64,000 nt of DNA from a virus (IMGVR_UViG_2724679538_000004:32001-96000); one strand, 5' to 3'. Shown: positions 38,700 to 47,324, counted from the first letter of the stretch. The notes: a model not told the origin generated them from the letters alone. Translations and numbers: made by a program.

Positions 38700-39325
38700 G
38701 CACGGTAGCGAAAGATCTCACAGAAGATATTCTCAATGAAATTATTGCTGGCGCGAATACCTCGCTTGAACAATATCTTGCGTTGGCGCTAAGAGCCGAA
38801 CGTCGAGACAGAAAGCATTTTTATGAGCGATTACCAGGGAAGCGACCAGATAGATCAGATGAAGAAGGTAGCGATATAGACTACATGGAACCTTTAGATG
38901 TTTATCAACTTGGTAAAGATGATGGCTGGAACGCTTATCACGATGCTGTGTTGAAGTTGGATGAAAAAGTGAAACCTCTTTCGCGACCAGTAGATCACGG
39001 TTTTCGCGATAACTGCGAGTGCTCTAGTTGTCAGATCACGGCTCGTATTTGTTCCGAATTAACAGATAAGTCCACCCTAATCTACGAAGTTAATGTAGGC
39101 GGTAATACATGGGTCGAATGCACAAGAGCTGCATACGTAAGAGCAAAAGACAACGGCGAATTGACCAGAGTTGTTACCCATCACCCAAATAATGTGCTTA
39201 AAGATCACCAGATTCGAGAACTAGTGAATGAATTGCGGGATATTGCGGTTACGTATCACGGAACGCAGCAATTGCGGGAGAAGATTGCCAGAGCAGTGAA
39301 CAACTCAATCCGTCCAGAAAAATAA
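38696..39325 (+). CDS. hypothetical protein
   Basis: 209-aa ORF, ATGA overlap with previous gene. Confidence 0.5.
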   Translation: MSTVAKDLTEDILNEIIAGANTSLEQYLALALRAERRDRKHFYERLPGKRPDRSDEEGSDIDYMEPLDVYQLGKDDGWNAYHDAVLKLDEKVKPLSRPVDHGFRDNCECSSCQITARICSELTDKSTLIYEVNVGGNTWVECTRAAYVRAKDNGELTRVVTHHPNNVLKDHQIRELVNELRDIAVTYHGTQQLREKIARAVNNSIRPEK

Positions 39326-39329
39326 GTAA

Positions 39330-39795
39330 TAGTACGATAAAGAGGCCCCATGCTCTTGATGGGGCCTGTAGCAACAAGCGTTATGGACGTTGGTTTACGT
39401 ACTCAATGATCGCTTTGATAATCGCGAACATCGGCGGCACGATTTTGAAAAGTAAGTTAAGCATAACAGGCCTCACTTAGTTTTATCGCGCCTAGCTGCA
39501 AATACCTTTGAGCTTGCCTTTGCAGTTGCAATATCTGTAGTCGCCAGATACTTACGGCACGATTTCGAGTTAAGGTAAGGTTTGAGAGTCACCAAAAACC
39601 TGGACTTAAATCTTCTTTGAGAACAATGATGTTTAGTAAATGGTCATTGTTACTAGGTATGACCACTCTACGTTTCTTGATGAATCCAGTACATTCGGTT
39701 AATCTTAACTCAGTCGCCAGATACTTATGGCTCAGGAACAGAGACGCAAACTCCGTTTCCTTTTAAAAAGCCCGGTCTAGTCAACTGGGCTTTTT
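39330..39795 (+). ncRNA. candidate non-coding RNA locus ending at a rho-independent terminator (hairpin 39769-39791 plus T-run)
   Basis: No ORF of 60 aa or more in any frame; direct repeats AGTCGCCAGATACTTA(C/T)GG at about 39537 and 39712; hairpins at 39341-39367 and 39495-39526. Confidence 0.3.
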
Positions 39796-40090
39796 AATGT
39801 CTGCTTTTTAACCAAACATACCCTCAATACTGCAACATCAGTGTCTTGCGAATCAAGATAGTGTGTATAGATTTTTCATGCAAGTGCATAAGTCTGTGGA
39901 TAACTCAGGAAGGAAAAAGTGACTTCCGCGCACTTTAGGCCGGACAAGGCCTTCGAAAAAGTCAATGGGAAGAAAAAATTTGTTAAAAATAACGTTTGTT
40001 TGAATTGTATATTTTATACCTGTCAATAGTTAGCATCTTATTAACATCTTTTTTAAGAGACAGAGTTTAAAAACATGTCGCTCCAACATA

Positions 40091-40110
40091 TACTGTATGT
40101 ACATACAGTA
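40091..40110 (+). promoter_or_regulatory. LexA operator (SOS box) TACTGTATGTACATACAGTA
   Basis: Perfect CTGT-N8-ACAG palindrome 17 bp upstream of the humD-like start. Confidence 0.85.
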
Positions 40111-40126
40111 TTAAGAGGCGAGTATT

Positions 40127-40516
40127 ATGGGATTCCCATCTCCTGCAGCGGATTATGTTGAAAGCCGTATTTCTCTTGATCGGCAGATAATTAGACATCC
40201 TTCAGCGACCTACTTCCTGCGAGCGGCTGATAGCCATCACCGCGAAGGAATATTGCAGGGGGCGCTGCTGGTGGTCGATTCTTCACTAACTCCGGTTGAT
40301 GGTTCACTGCTTGTATGTGCTATTGATGGGGAATTTCGTGTAAAAAAATACCGTAAGTATCCGCGTCAGTACCTGGAGGATTTAAGAACTGGCAAGAAGG
40401 AAGCATTGCCAAAGGATGACGATGGATGCACTGGCAGTACTGCCGTGTTTGGTGTCATCACTCACATTATCAACGACGCAAGAAGTGGCGAATTTGATGA
40501 TTGTCCTGTGATGTAG
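40127..40516 (+). CDS. humD: UmuD'-like protein (P1 HumD-like; begins at the position equivalent to the UmuD cleavage site)
   Basis: N-terminus MGFPSPAADYVE matches UmuD residues immediately after the Cys24-Gly25 cleavage site; conserved VDGEF(R/T)VKK; preceded by a LexA box; no umuC neighbour. Confidence 0.8.
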   Translation: MGFPSPAADYVESRISLDRQIIRHPSATYFLRAADSHHREGILQGALLVVDSSLTPVDGSLLVCAIDGEFRVKKYRKYPRQYLEDLRTGKKEALPKDDDGCTGSTAVFGVITHIINDARSGEFDDCPVM

Positions 40517-40560
40517 ATAGAAAGCCCTCGTTTGTATGAGGGCTTCTAGGTAAACACAAA

Positions 40561-41304
40561 TCACTGCATGTTGCCGAATTTTTTGTTAAGGCTTTTTCGT
40601 ATTGTCTCTATGGTTTTCTCCCTATCTGAATATAGTTCGCTAACTACATAGTCCATAATCTCAAAAGCACCTTCGATATCTTTGATCCGAACTTCATCAA
40701 ACGTATGACTGCCTGCATTCCCCAAGAACTTTATCGCCAAAAGATTTTGAGCAAGTTTGCTGCCCTCTTCCGGGATTTTTTCGATACGATGGTGCAATCG
40801 GATTGTCTTACCTTTATCATTTTGCGTAGGTATCCCCATAGAGGTAAGGATATTTTCTACAGCGATTCTGATTAGGTTTGCTGCGGCACCTTGCTGCATT
40901 AAAAAAATGGAAAAAGCAGCTTTCAGGGGGCCACTTACTTCATCCGGGCAGTTCTCTGGAATTTGAAAAACATTCAAGGAAGGAACAAAGCAAAGAGGTT
41001 TGTACCATTGATAATATTCGTCTGCCATTTCCTCTGGTTGGTAATCTCTATCCCATCCTGCCTTTCCTACGCAGGCAACCGCTTCGCCACATTTTGCTCG
41101 TGAACATTTGGCCATACAGCTGAAATAGGACTCAGACATATCGTAATCAAACCAATCTTCATTTTGTGCTTTCCTGGTACCTAAAGACTCCTCTTCAACA
41201 AAACTATCTTGCATGATTTCCAGAGTCTTTTGTCCGCAGACCGGACAAGGCCAGTCCACATGTTTATCGCTGTAAAATCGATGGGAAATTTTATGAATAG
41301 CCAT
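40561..41304 (-). CDS. zinc-ribbon protein with C-terminal HEPN/DUF4145-like segment (tentative)
   Basis: N-terminal CPVCG ... CMAKCSRAKCGEAVAC zinc-ribbon pattern; C-terminal LLAIKFLGNAGSHTFDEV resembles the R/K-x-x-G-N-x-x-x-H helix pair of DUF4145-type HEPN domains; only reverse-strand gene in its neighbourhood. Confidence 0.5.
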   Translation of the reverse strand: MAIHKISHRFYSDKHVDWPCPVCGQKTLEIMQDSFVEEESLGTRKAQNEDWFDYDMSESYFSCMAKCSRAKCGEAVACVGKAGWDRDYQPEEMADEYYQWYKPLCFVPSLNVFQIPENCPDEVSGPLKAAFSIFLMQQGAAANLIRIAVENILTSMGIPTQNDKGKTIRLHHRIEKIPEEGSKLAQNLLAIKFLGNAGSHTFDEVRIKDIEGAFEIMDYVVSELYSDREKTIETIRKSLNKKFGNMQ

Positions 41305-41448
41305 TTATTTCGCTCCATGCATATTGGCCGAAATGAGTTCAAACGATACCAATATGAATAATAGATGCGTTACTTTAAGACACTGTGGATTAAATACAAA
41401 GCATGGCTACCAACAGAAGGAACAAAAGATACTGGTTACAAATACCCG

Positions 41449-41514
41449 TAAATAAATTGTTTTCTACCTTTTCTTAATTGTGATAATAAACCACACAAGA
41501 AAACAAATTGTTTA
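41449..41514 (+). promoter_or_regulatory. conserved promoter/operator block (second copy of the 35524-35580 element, ending in AGAAAACAAATTGTTTA)
   Basis: Near-identical to 35524-35580. Confidence 0.5.
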
Positions 41515-41526
41515 GGAGTGGCAAAA

Positions 41527-41826
41527 ATGCTGAACATTACCCAAGCCTACCAGGTGGCATTGATTAGTGCATCTCATACATCAGAGGAAGATGCTCGCCG
41601 ATTCATGATCGCAAGCAATGAGCTGGATTGGGTTTCACAAATTGACGGCGGTTGTATTGTCCACGCCTGGTTACAGGATGATGTCTGGAAAGACAACTTG
41701 CGTCGATATGGTATATCCGAAGGCGCAATTGCTAACATTCAGAAAGTACTTGATGTAGGCTTTGACTCTGTACATTTCGATTGTGGCGCACCGGTCGTTG
41801 AAGGGCTTGAGTGCTGGAACTGGTAA
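41527..41826 (+). CDS. hypothetical protein
   Basis: AGGAG 8 nt before ATG 41527. Confidence 0.5.
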   Translation: MLNITQAYQVALISASHTSEEDARRFMIASNELDWVSQIDGGCIVHAWLQDDVWKDNLRRYGISEGAIANIQKVLDVGFDSVHFDCGAPVVEGLECWNW

Positions 41827-41862
41827 TCCGGCAAACGTTCCATACTATGTAACGGAGAATTT

Positions 41863-42048
41863 ATGCTTAAAGAGGACTCATATCTACTAAAGGCGCTTGA
41901 AATGCGTGGCGTTGAACCTACAGTGAAAAACGCTCACGATATCTACCTTCAGTTTTCACCGGAGCTGAAACGGCTCATAAATCAATACGGGGTTAATGAC
42001 TCAAGTGTTAAAGCAATGATAGATGATGAATTAGACCATCTCATCTAA
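41863..42048 (+). CDS. hypothetical small protein
   Basis: GGAG 6 nt before the ATG; 61 aa. Confidence 0.45.
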   Translation: MLKEDSYLLKALEMRGVEPTVKNAHDIYLQFSPELKRLINQYGVNDSSVKAMIDDELDHLI

Positions 42049-42200
42049 TCGTTTCCTATGATAATGGTTTTCACTTTGAGATTGTTATTTTTCATAGCCA
42101 AAGCTGATGTTTGTGGAAGGTGGATTGATAAACGGATGCGTATTTAGGTTATACAAGTGAGAAAATTGATAATATATAAACGCGATTTTTATGTGATGGA

Positions 42201-42770
42201 ATGGATGTAATGGAAACCCAGAACCAACAAACAAAACCTCTGAATAACATTTATGCGTGGATTCTAGCGTTCATGCCTTTCTTCTTTGCAGTATCGCCGG
42301 AAGAGTATACCAATTACGCTATTATAATTGGGGGTGTAACTACCATCGGTTTGTTAGTAGCTGACAGAATGGCTCTATCGGAGTCTGGCTGTGAACCACC
42401 TTCAATTCTATGGGGGGTATTCCTCCTGCCTGTCTATCTCTGGAAGCGCGCGACTATTACAAAAGGCAGCAGAGTGCCATTTATCATAATCGTTGCGTCG
42501 CTGGCTTGGGTTATCTTCATCGGCATCCCACACAAGGACGAGGTTGCTCTTGAAGAAGCAGCCTGCCCTCTCGTGACAACTATTCTGAAAGAGAATAACG
42601 GTTCGACTGCACCAAAATGTATGAAGGTGACAATAGAGGACAAGGTGACGGATAAGTTCTATAGAGCAACGGCTACACTAGACAATGGTAATGACATTAA
42701 CATTACTCTGGAACTTACCGGCGACAGGAACTTCTACGTCCGTGTTCCAAATGTTTATCTGAACAACTAA
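42201..42770 (+). CDS. integral membrane protein (about 3 TM segments) with C-terminal soluble domain
   Basis: Hydrophobic segments IYAWILAFMPFFFAV, AIIIGGVTTIGLLV, FIIIVASLAWVIFIG. Confidence 0.5.
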   Translation: MDVMETQNQQTKPLNNIYAWILAFMPFFFAVSPEEYTNYAIIIGGVTTIGLLVADRMALSESGCEPPSILWGVFLLPVYLWKRATITKGSRVPFIIIVASLAWVIFIGIPHKDEVALEEAACPLVTTILKENNGSTAPKCMKVTIEDKVTDKFYRATATLDNGNDINITLELTGDRNFYVRVPNVYLNN

Positions 42771-42889
42771 CGGTTGCAACTTATTGATAATGGCGGTCAC
42801 AATTTGATTCTTTTCTATAAGAATCCGTTGATCGCCACTACTCCCCTTCCATACCTGCAACCACATCCTTAAATATCAATTAGTTATAG

Positions 42890-43766
42890 TTGTTTATACC
42901 AATAAGAAAACAACTAAATAACAGATCAACGAAATGTCAATGCTTTCGCCCGATTTGGTCTATAAAATTGACGTTTTCACACATCACTTCTTATACCCGC
43001 AATCCTACGCAGCAGACAGCGCCACAGCGTCCAATTTTCACCACAGATGACCCAACAACTACCAATAAAAACACACGCTCAAAATCGCTCCCGTTGCGTT
43101 ACACAACCATATAAACAACTTGTTTTCAGGCATAACAAAACAACTAAATAACACATATGCCATTCCCCAAAACAACCAACCTCTTTATGGCAGGCTACCG
43201 AAAAGACCCACCTCTTCTTCCCAGGCTACCGGACAACCAACCTAACTTTCACAGGCAATTCGAAACCTCCATACGCGCGATACCCACGACACGCCATTCC
43301 CCAAATAGCGAAGAACCACCGAAACCCCAACGAAGCTTGTAACCGCAAGGATTTCCTCAATCCCAAAAGACACGAAACAGAACATTCGAGGGAAACGCCA
43401 TTACCCAATACACGAATAACTACAAAAGCCTTTCACGCACTCCATACAAGCAACTCAAACACAATAACGAAAGGAATCGCCCACCTGCCATTACTCCATA
43501 CACGGAGAAGAACAATCACCAAAACGTCGAGAACAACCCAGAGAAGAACCACCGCAAAACGAACGAAACCATATAAACCGACAGAGAGAACTACACACCC
43601 AATTCACCAACAGAAATAGTCGCCGTATAGAACGTTCAGGGAGGAGTGAGTATTAACGCCTATAGAGAGCTTGAGACAGATAAAACACGAAGAAAACACA
43701 ACATGTATAACGGAGAAGCCAGGTATGTATAAGTGGGGAGTGGAGGAGGGGTGTCGCCTCCTTTTT
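42890..43766 (+). ncRNA. A+C-rich, G/T-poor tract with ~100-bp-spaced GCCATT(A/C)CCCAA-type repeats; candidate long non-coding RNA(s) ending at hairpin GGAGG-loop-CCTCC plus T5 (43742-43766)
   Basis: Strong strand-asymmetric composition; promoter-like AAAACAACTAAATAACA at about 42913 and 43138; only low-complexity ORFs without RBS. Confidence 0.3.
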
Positions 43767-43830
43767 CGTATTTATTCAACTCCTGATTTTATCCCCCCGT
43801 AAAACCCCTACGGTCAGCCTTCGGTCCATA

Positions 43831-43970
43831 CAGGGAAAAGGTTGCATCCCGCTACAGAAACGGCTGGGTTGCCTTCGGGGAACGGCTGGAGGTTTTCAGG
43901 GAAACGGTCGAGTTGCCTGTGTGGGTTTCGGGAAAAGGCTCGATGCCGGTTCAGGAACGGTGGCGTACCG
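43831..43970 (+). repeat. array of about six ~21-bp direct repeats with core (C)AGGGAAA(A/C)GG / GGGAACGGCT (GGA-rich)
   Basis: cagggaaaaggttgcatccc, cagaaacggctgggttgcc, ggggaacggctggagg, cagggaaacggtcgagttgcc, cgggaaaaggctcgatgcc, caggaacggtggcgtaccgg. Confidence 0.6.
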
Positions 43971-44295
43971 GTATAGCGAGAGGGAGAGTTGCGGCTACCC
44001 ACCTGTAATGTGCGGGAAGAAGGGAGACTCTCACGTATAGGCGAACCTACTTCCCGCTGGATTCCCTCTGAATGCCCAGCTACAGCGTAATTGTGCCAGA
44101 CAGTCCGCGGGTCACAATCGATTTCAGTAGGTTTTCGGGGAGAGGATTATTCTGCCCACCAGCTCCCTGCGGCCAGTAAATCAGAATAATGTAAAAAGTG
44201 CCCACGGTACTGAACCTGAAAAGTCACTACTAAAACTGCATTTACCGGAATAAAACTCTTTTTCACCTATGTGTTATTGCGATAATAACACCAAC

Positions 44296-44313
44296 GAGAA
44301 AACAAGTTGTTTA
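44296..44313 (+). promoter_or_regulatory. promoter/operator motif GAGAAAACAAGTTGTTTA
   Basis: Palindromic AAACAA-N-TTGTTT core immediately upstream of RBS GGAG. Confidence 0.45.
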
Positions 44314-44323
44314 CGGAGTGGTA

Positions 44324-44635
44324 ATGAATACCTCATTGGTTCTTGGTCTTGCAGAAGGTCAGGACAGAAAAGAAAAGCCAACTTTGATGGGACACCTCAC
44401 ATTGTTGGATATCGTAGCGAACGGAACTTCTATTCGACTGTTTCGTGAAAAAGCTATTACCTTCGACAAAGTGAATTTAACGCGCTATGTGATGGTTGTT
44501 CGTCGCCAGCGAGGAAGAGGGTGGATGTCAGTTCAGAAAATGTGGCCAGAGGACCAGCTTGAACTGGCACTGATGGAAGTGAACCGCGTAGCCCAGCAAG
44601 AAATCCAACGAGCTTCTGTTCAGGCAGTGGCTTAA
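44324..44635 (+). CDS. hypothetical protein
   Basis: GGAG 5 nt before ATG 44324. Confidence 0.5.
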   Translation: MNTSLVLGLAEGQDRKEKPTLMGHLTLLDIVANGTSIRLFREKAITFDKVNLTRYVMVVRRQRGRGWMSVQKMWPEDQLELALMEVNRVAQQEIQRASVQAVA

Positions 44636-44761
44636 GCATGTGCAAGCAGTAGTTAGTCGAGTGTACGACAGCCCTGATTCCTTACAGGGCTTTTTTGTAT
44701 TGTAAGTAACTACTTACAATAATAGAATTACCTCGTTCGTTAACTTACATACAGGGAGAGT

Positions 44762-45160
44762 ATGATGAGCGTAAAACGCGAAAACCTGACAATCGATATG
44801 TACTATGCCTCTGAAAAAGCAGAAGACGAAGCGGTTGCAAAAATTACCGTGATGATTCGTGACAATGAATCTGGTGCAGAGGTACAAACAAGCACTCTTG
44901 TACGCACAGGAACAGGCGAAGAGGCGACTTATGCCGTCGGCTATCAGAATATCAACGATGCCACGGACCCGCTGTTACTTAAACTGGAAAACCACTTCCG
45001 CAGTGTCGATAAGGTGCTTTTTGAGAAGCTGATGGAAGCCGTGGATGAGGTGTATACCTCAAACCTCAACAGCAATACTACCTGGATGGGACAGTATGGC
45101 CTGCGAATTACCACCGGCGCTCAAGTAGAAACCGTCATCCCCGAAAGCGTATTCGCTTAA
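44762..45160 (+). CDS. hypothetical protein
   Basis: GGGAGAG RBS; 132 aa. Confidence 0.5.
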   Translation: MMSVKRENLTIDMYYASEKAEDEAVAKITVMIRDNESGAEVQTSTLVRTGTGEEATYAVGYQNINDATDPLLLKLENHFRSVDKVLFEKLMEAVDEVYTSNLNSNTTWMGQYGLRITTGAQVETVIPESVFA

Positions 45161-45277
45161 TCCTCTTTGAATGGCGCGTAAACCGCGCCATTTTCTTATG
45201 CCCGATAACAATTTGTTTTCTGCCTTATCTGATTTGTGAAAATGATTTCACTGAAGCAACTTAATAAGGAAACCATC

Positions 45278-45652
45278 ATGGAACTTGATATCTATATCGA
45301 GACGCAGCCTAAAAACGATCTGAATAACGAGGAATCCAGAAGACAGGTTGCTTACTTCCGCAAGTTCAATGCGCTCGTTGGGTGGATGGAGCGCAACGTA
45401 GGTGAAGTCGAAAATTGTGAGCTTTTAGAATTAACGATGAATGACATTTGTTTTCTGAAAGCTCATTTGATGCACATAAACGAAAGTAATTGCGAAGAGT
45501 ACTTACCTACACAGGAAGGGTTTTTCTTCGGCAGTCAGGAGTACGATGAAGGTTACTGGCATGACGTGGATAAGCTGAAAAAACTGGTGGAAGACCTGAT
45601 TAGGAACCACGACTTCCACAATAACAGACTGACATTTTGCGCCTGGTGGTAA
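45278..45652 (+). CDS. hypothetical acidic protein
   Basis: AAGGAAA RBS before ATG 45278. Confidence 0.5.
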   Translation: MELDIYIETQPKNDLNNEESRRQVAYFRKFNALVGWMERNVGEVENCELLELTMNDICFLKAHLMHINESNCEEYLPTQEGFFFGSQEYDEGYWHDVDKLKKLVEDLIRNHDFHNNRLTFCAWW

Positions 45653-45989
45653 ATATGGGGGATTTTAGAAAGCGTCTTAAGGAAAGAACTGAGCAGGCCA
45701 GGAGGCAAAACGCGTTTTCTGTTATCCGGTACGCGAAACAATTCAGTCGGAACAACAAGTCAGTTGAGGAAAAGATCCTCAGCGTAATAGGACGATAATT
45801 ATTGAGGCTACCAGCATGGATAGCCTCACTGACTTTTCTTATAACCGAAGGTTAGTTTTGAAACCTGGCTAATGACTTCCAGTACCTGTCTTGATAATTC
45901 AGCCTGCATTAACTTCTTTTCTGCCTTATCTACACTGCGATAATTACACCAACAAGAAAACAACATGTTTACGCAGTGAGGATATGCAC

Positions 45990-46271
45990 ATGACTGATTT
46001 CACCATTACTACCAAAGCACAAAATGTATTCCTTGAATCATGGCTGGACTTGCCGGAAACAGAACAGCAAGAAATGGATCATGTGGAATATGACGAGCAG
46101 GTAAGCACGCGATTCTTCCACTTTGAGGGCTGCGTTTACGATATTGCCGACTTCATGCGAGATGACCGCTTCCCTGAATGGCACGCAAGCTATCCACTTA
46201 ACGCCTTCGCCATGCTGATGATCCGTGTGGATGACTCAGGGGATACCATCGATGTCGGTTTGCTCCACTAA
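45990..46271 (+). CDS. hypothetical acidic small protein
   Basis: GAGGA RBS 8 nt before ATG 45990; 93 aa. Confidence 0.5.
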   Translation: MTDFTITTKAQNVFLESWLDLPETEQQEMDHVEYDEQVSTRFFHFEGCVYDIADFMRDDRFPEWHASYPLNAFAMLMIRVDDSGDTIDVGLLH

Positions 46272-46301
46272 ATAATAAGGGACCACCAGCATTGGTGGCT
46301 C

Positions 46302-46574
46302 TTATATCATTTTTGCGAGCTTATTCATTTTGGTGAAGTCAATTGGCAATTCGGCCAAAGGTATCAAATAGTCTTTTTGTGCCCAGAAGTTTGGAGATCT
46401 GCCCACTACATACGAAAGCCGATAAGCGTCTTCATCGGTAATCGGCTTTCTTTGTTCTAGTATAGCTTCAGCATAGTCGATACTAACCGCCATGCTGCGA
46501 GCCAATAATTCAACCCCAATACCGTAATCGTCATAAATGGCATCAAGAAATTTTTTCACATCAAGTTGGGACAT
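46302..46574 (-). CDS. XRE/HigA-like helix-turn-helix regulator (tentative)
   Basis: GRSPNFWAQKDY resembles the G-x-S-P-x-F-W motif of HigA/VapI-type HTH proteins. Confidence 0.45.
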   Translation of the reverse strand: MSQLDVKKFLDAIYDDYGIGVELLARSMAVSIDYAEAILEQRKPITDEDAYRLSYVVGRSPNFWAQKDYLIPLAELPIDFTKMNKLAKMI

Positions 46575-46769
46575 ATGATTATCTCCTCAAATAAGCCAAG
46601 TTTTTATTATATAACGATATTTTTCGATTGTGGGTAATATGATTACACCCGCAGGCTAAAAACACCAACCTCTTACCTCCAGGCTACCGATTAACCCACC
46701 TGTTCCCGTCCGGCTACCGCAACTTTCCACTTTGACGCCTTATTCGTACAACGATAATTAACACCAACA

Positions 46770-46786
46770 AGAAAACAATTTGTTAT
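46770..46786 (+). promoter_or_regulatory. promoter/operator motif AGAAAACAATTTGTTAT
   Basis: Same element family as 44296, 45204, 45954. Confidence 0.45.
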
Positions 46787-46805
46787 TTACGATAAGGAAT
46801 TAATC

Positions 46806-47288
46806 ATGAATTTTATCGTTACTGTAAACGCACCCGCACATGGCAATATCGCTGTAACGTTCTCTGACATTGAAAAACGAGTACTTGGTGCATGGCGCGA
46901 CAATGAGACGGTAGAACTGTCAGCACAAGAAAAATGCATTATTGCACGCGACATCATTGGTAATCGTCGTTACTCGCGGGTATTTGAGAAAGCGTATGTG
47001 GTAAATTCTGGATTCGGAACGTTCGTCTTTCCGGTGCGCTCCGGGCGATTCTGCCAGTCCAAGCTGATTGAGTTCGCTACGCAGATTTCTGTCTGGATTA
47101 AAACTCAATCGTCGTTCAAATTTTCCGACGATGAAGCAGTATCGCAGGGGATGCGGATCGCCAACAATGCGATAAAATGCAAAAACATTACGTATGCCGC
47201 TGGCGTTGACACATGGAAACTGTTTTGCGCTAACTTTATGCTGAATGTATACGCAAGCAACCGCATCCACATCCTTGATGGCGTGTAA
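46806..47288 (+). CDS. hypothetical protein
   Basis: AAGGAAT RBS; 160 aa. Confidence 0.5.
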   Translation: MNFIVTVNAPAHGNIAVTFSDIEKRVLGAWRDNETVELSAQEKCIIARDIIGNRRYSRVFEKAYVVNSGFGTFVFPVRSGRFCQSKLIEFATQISVWIKTQSSFKFSDDEAVSQGMRIANNAIKCKNITYAAGVDTWKLFCANFMLNVYASNRIHILDGV

Positions 47289-47294
47289 CTGAGA

Positions 47295-47320
47295 AGAGGG
47301 CCAGAAACGGCCCTTTCTCT
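47295..47320 (+). terminator. rho-independent terminator (AGAGGGCC-AGAAAC-GGCCCTTT)
   Basis: Hairpin with T-rich tail after the stop at 47288. Confidence 0.6.
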
Positions 47321-47324
47321 ATAG

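Noticed and set aside
42890-43342. ORFs 42890..43114 and 43157..43342 in the A+C-rich tract
   Set aside because: One starts at TTG, neither has an RBS, and the products are Pro/Thr/Asn/Gln-rich low complexity dictated by the base composition; more likely non-coding.
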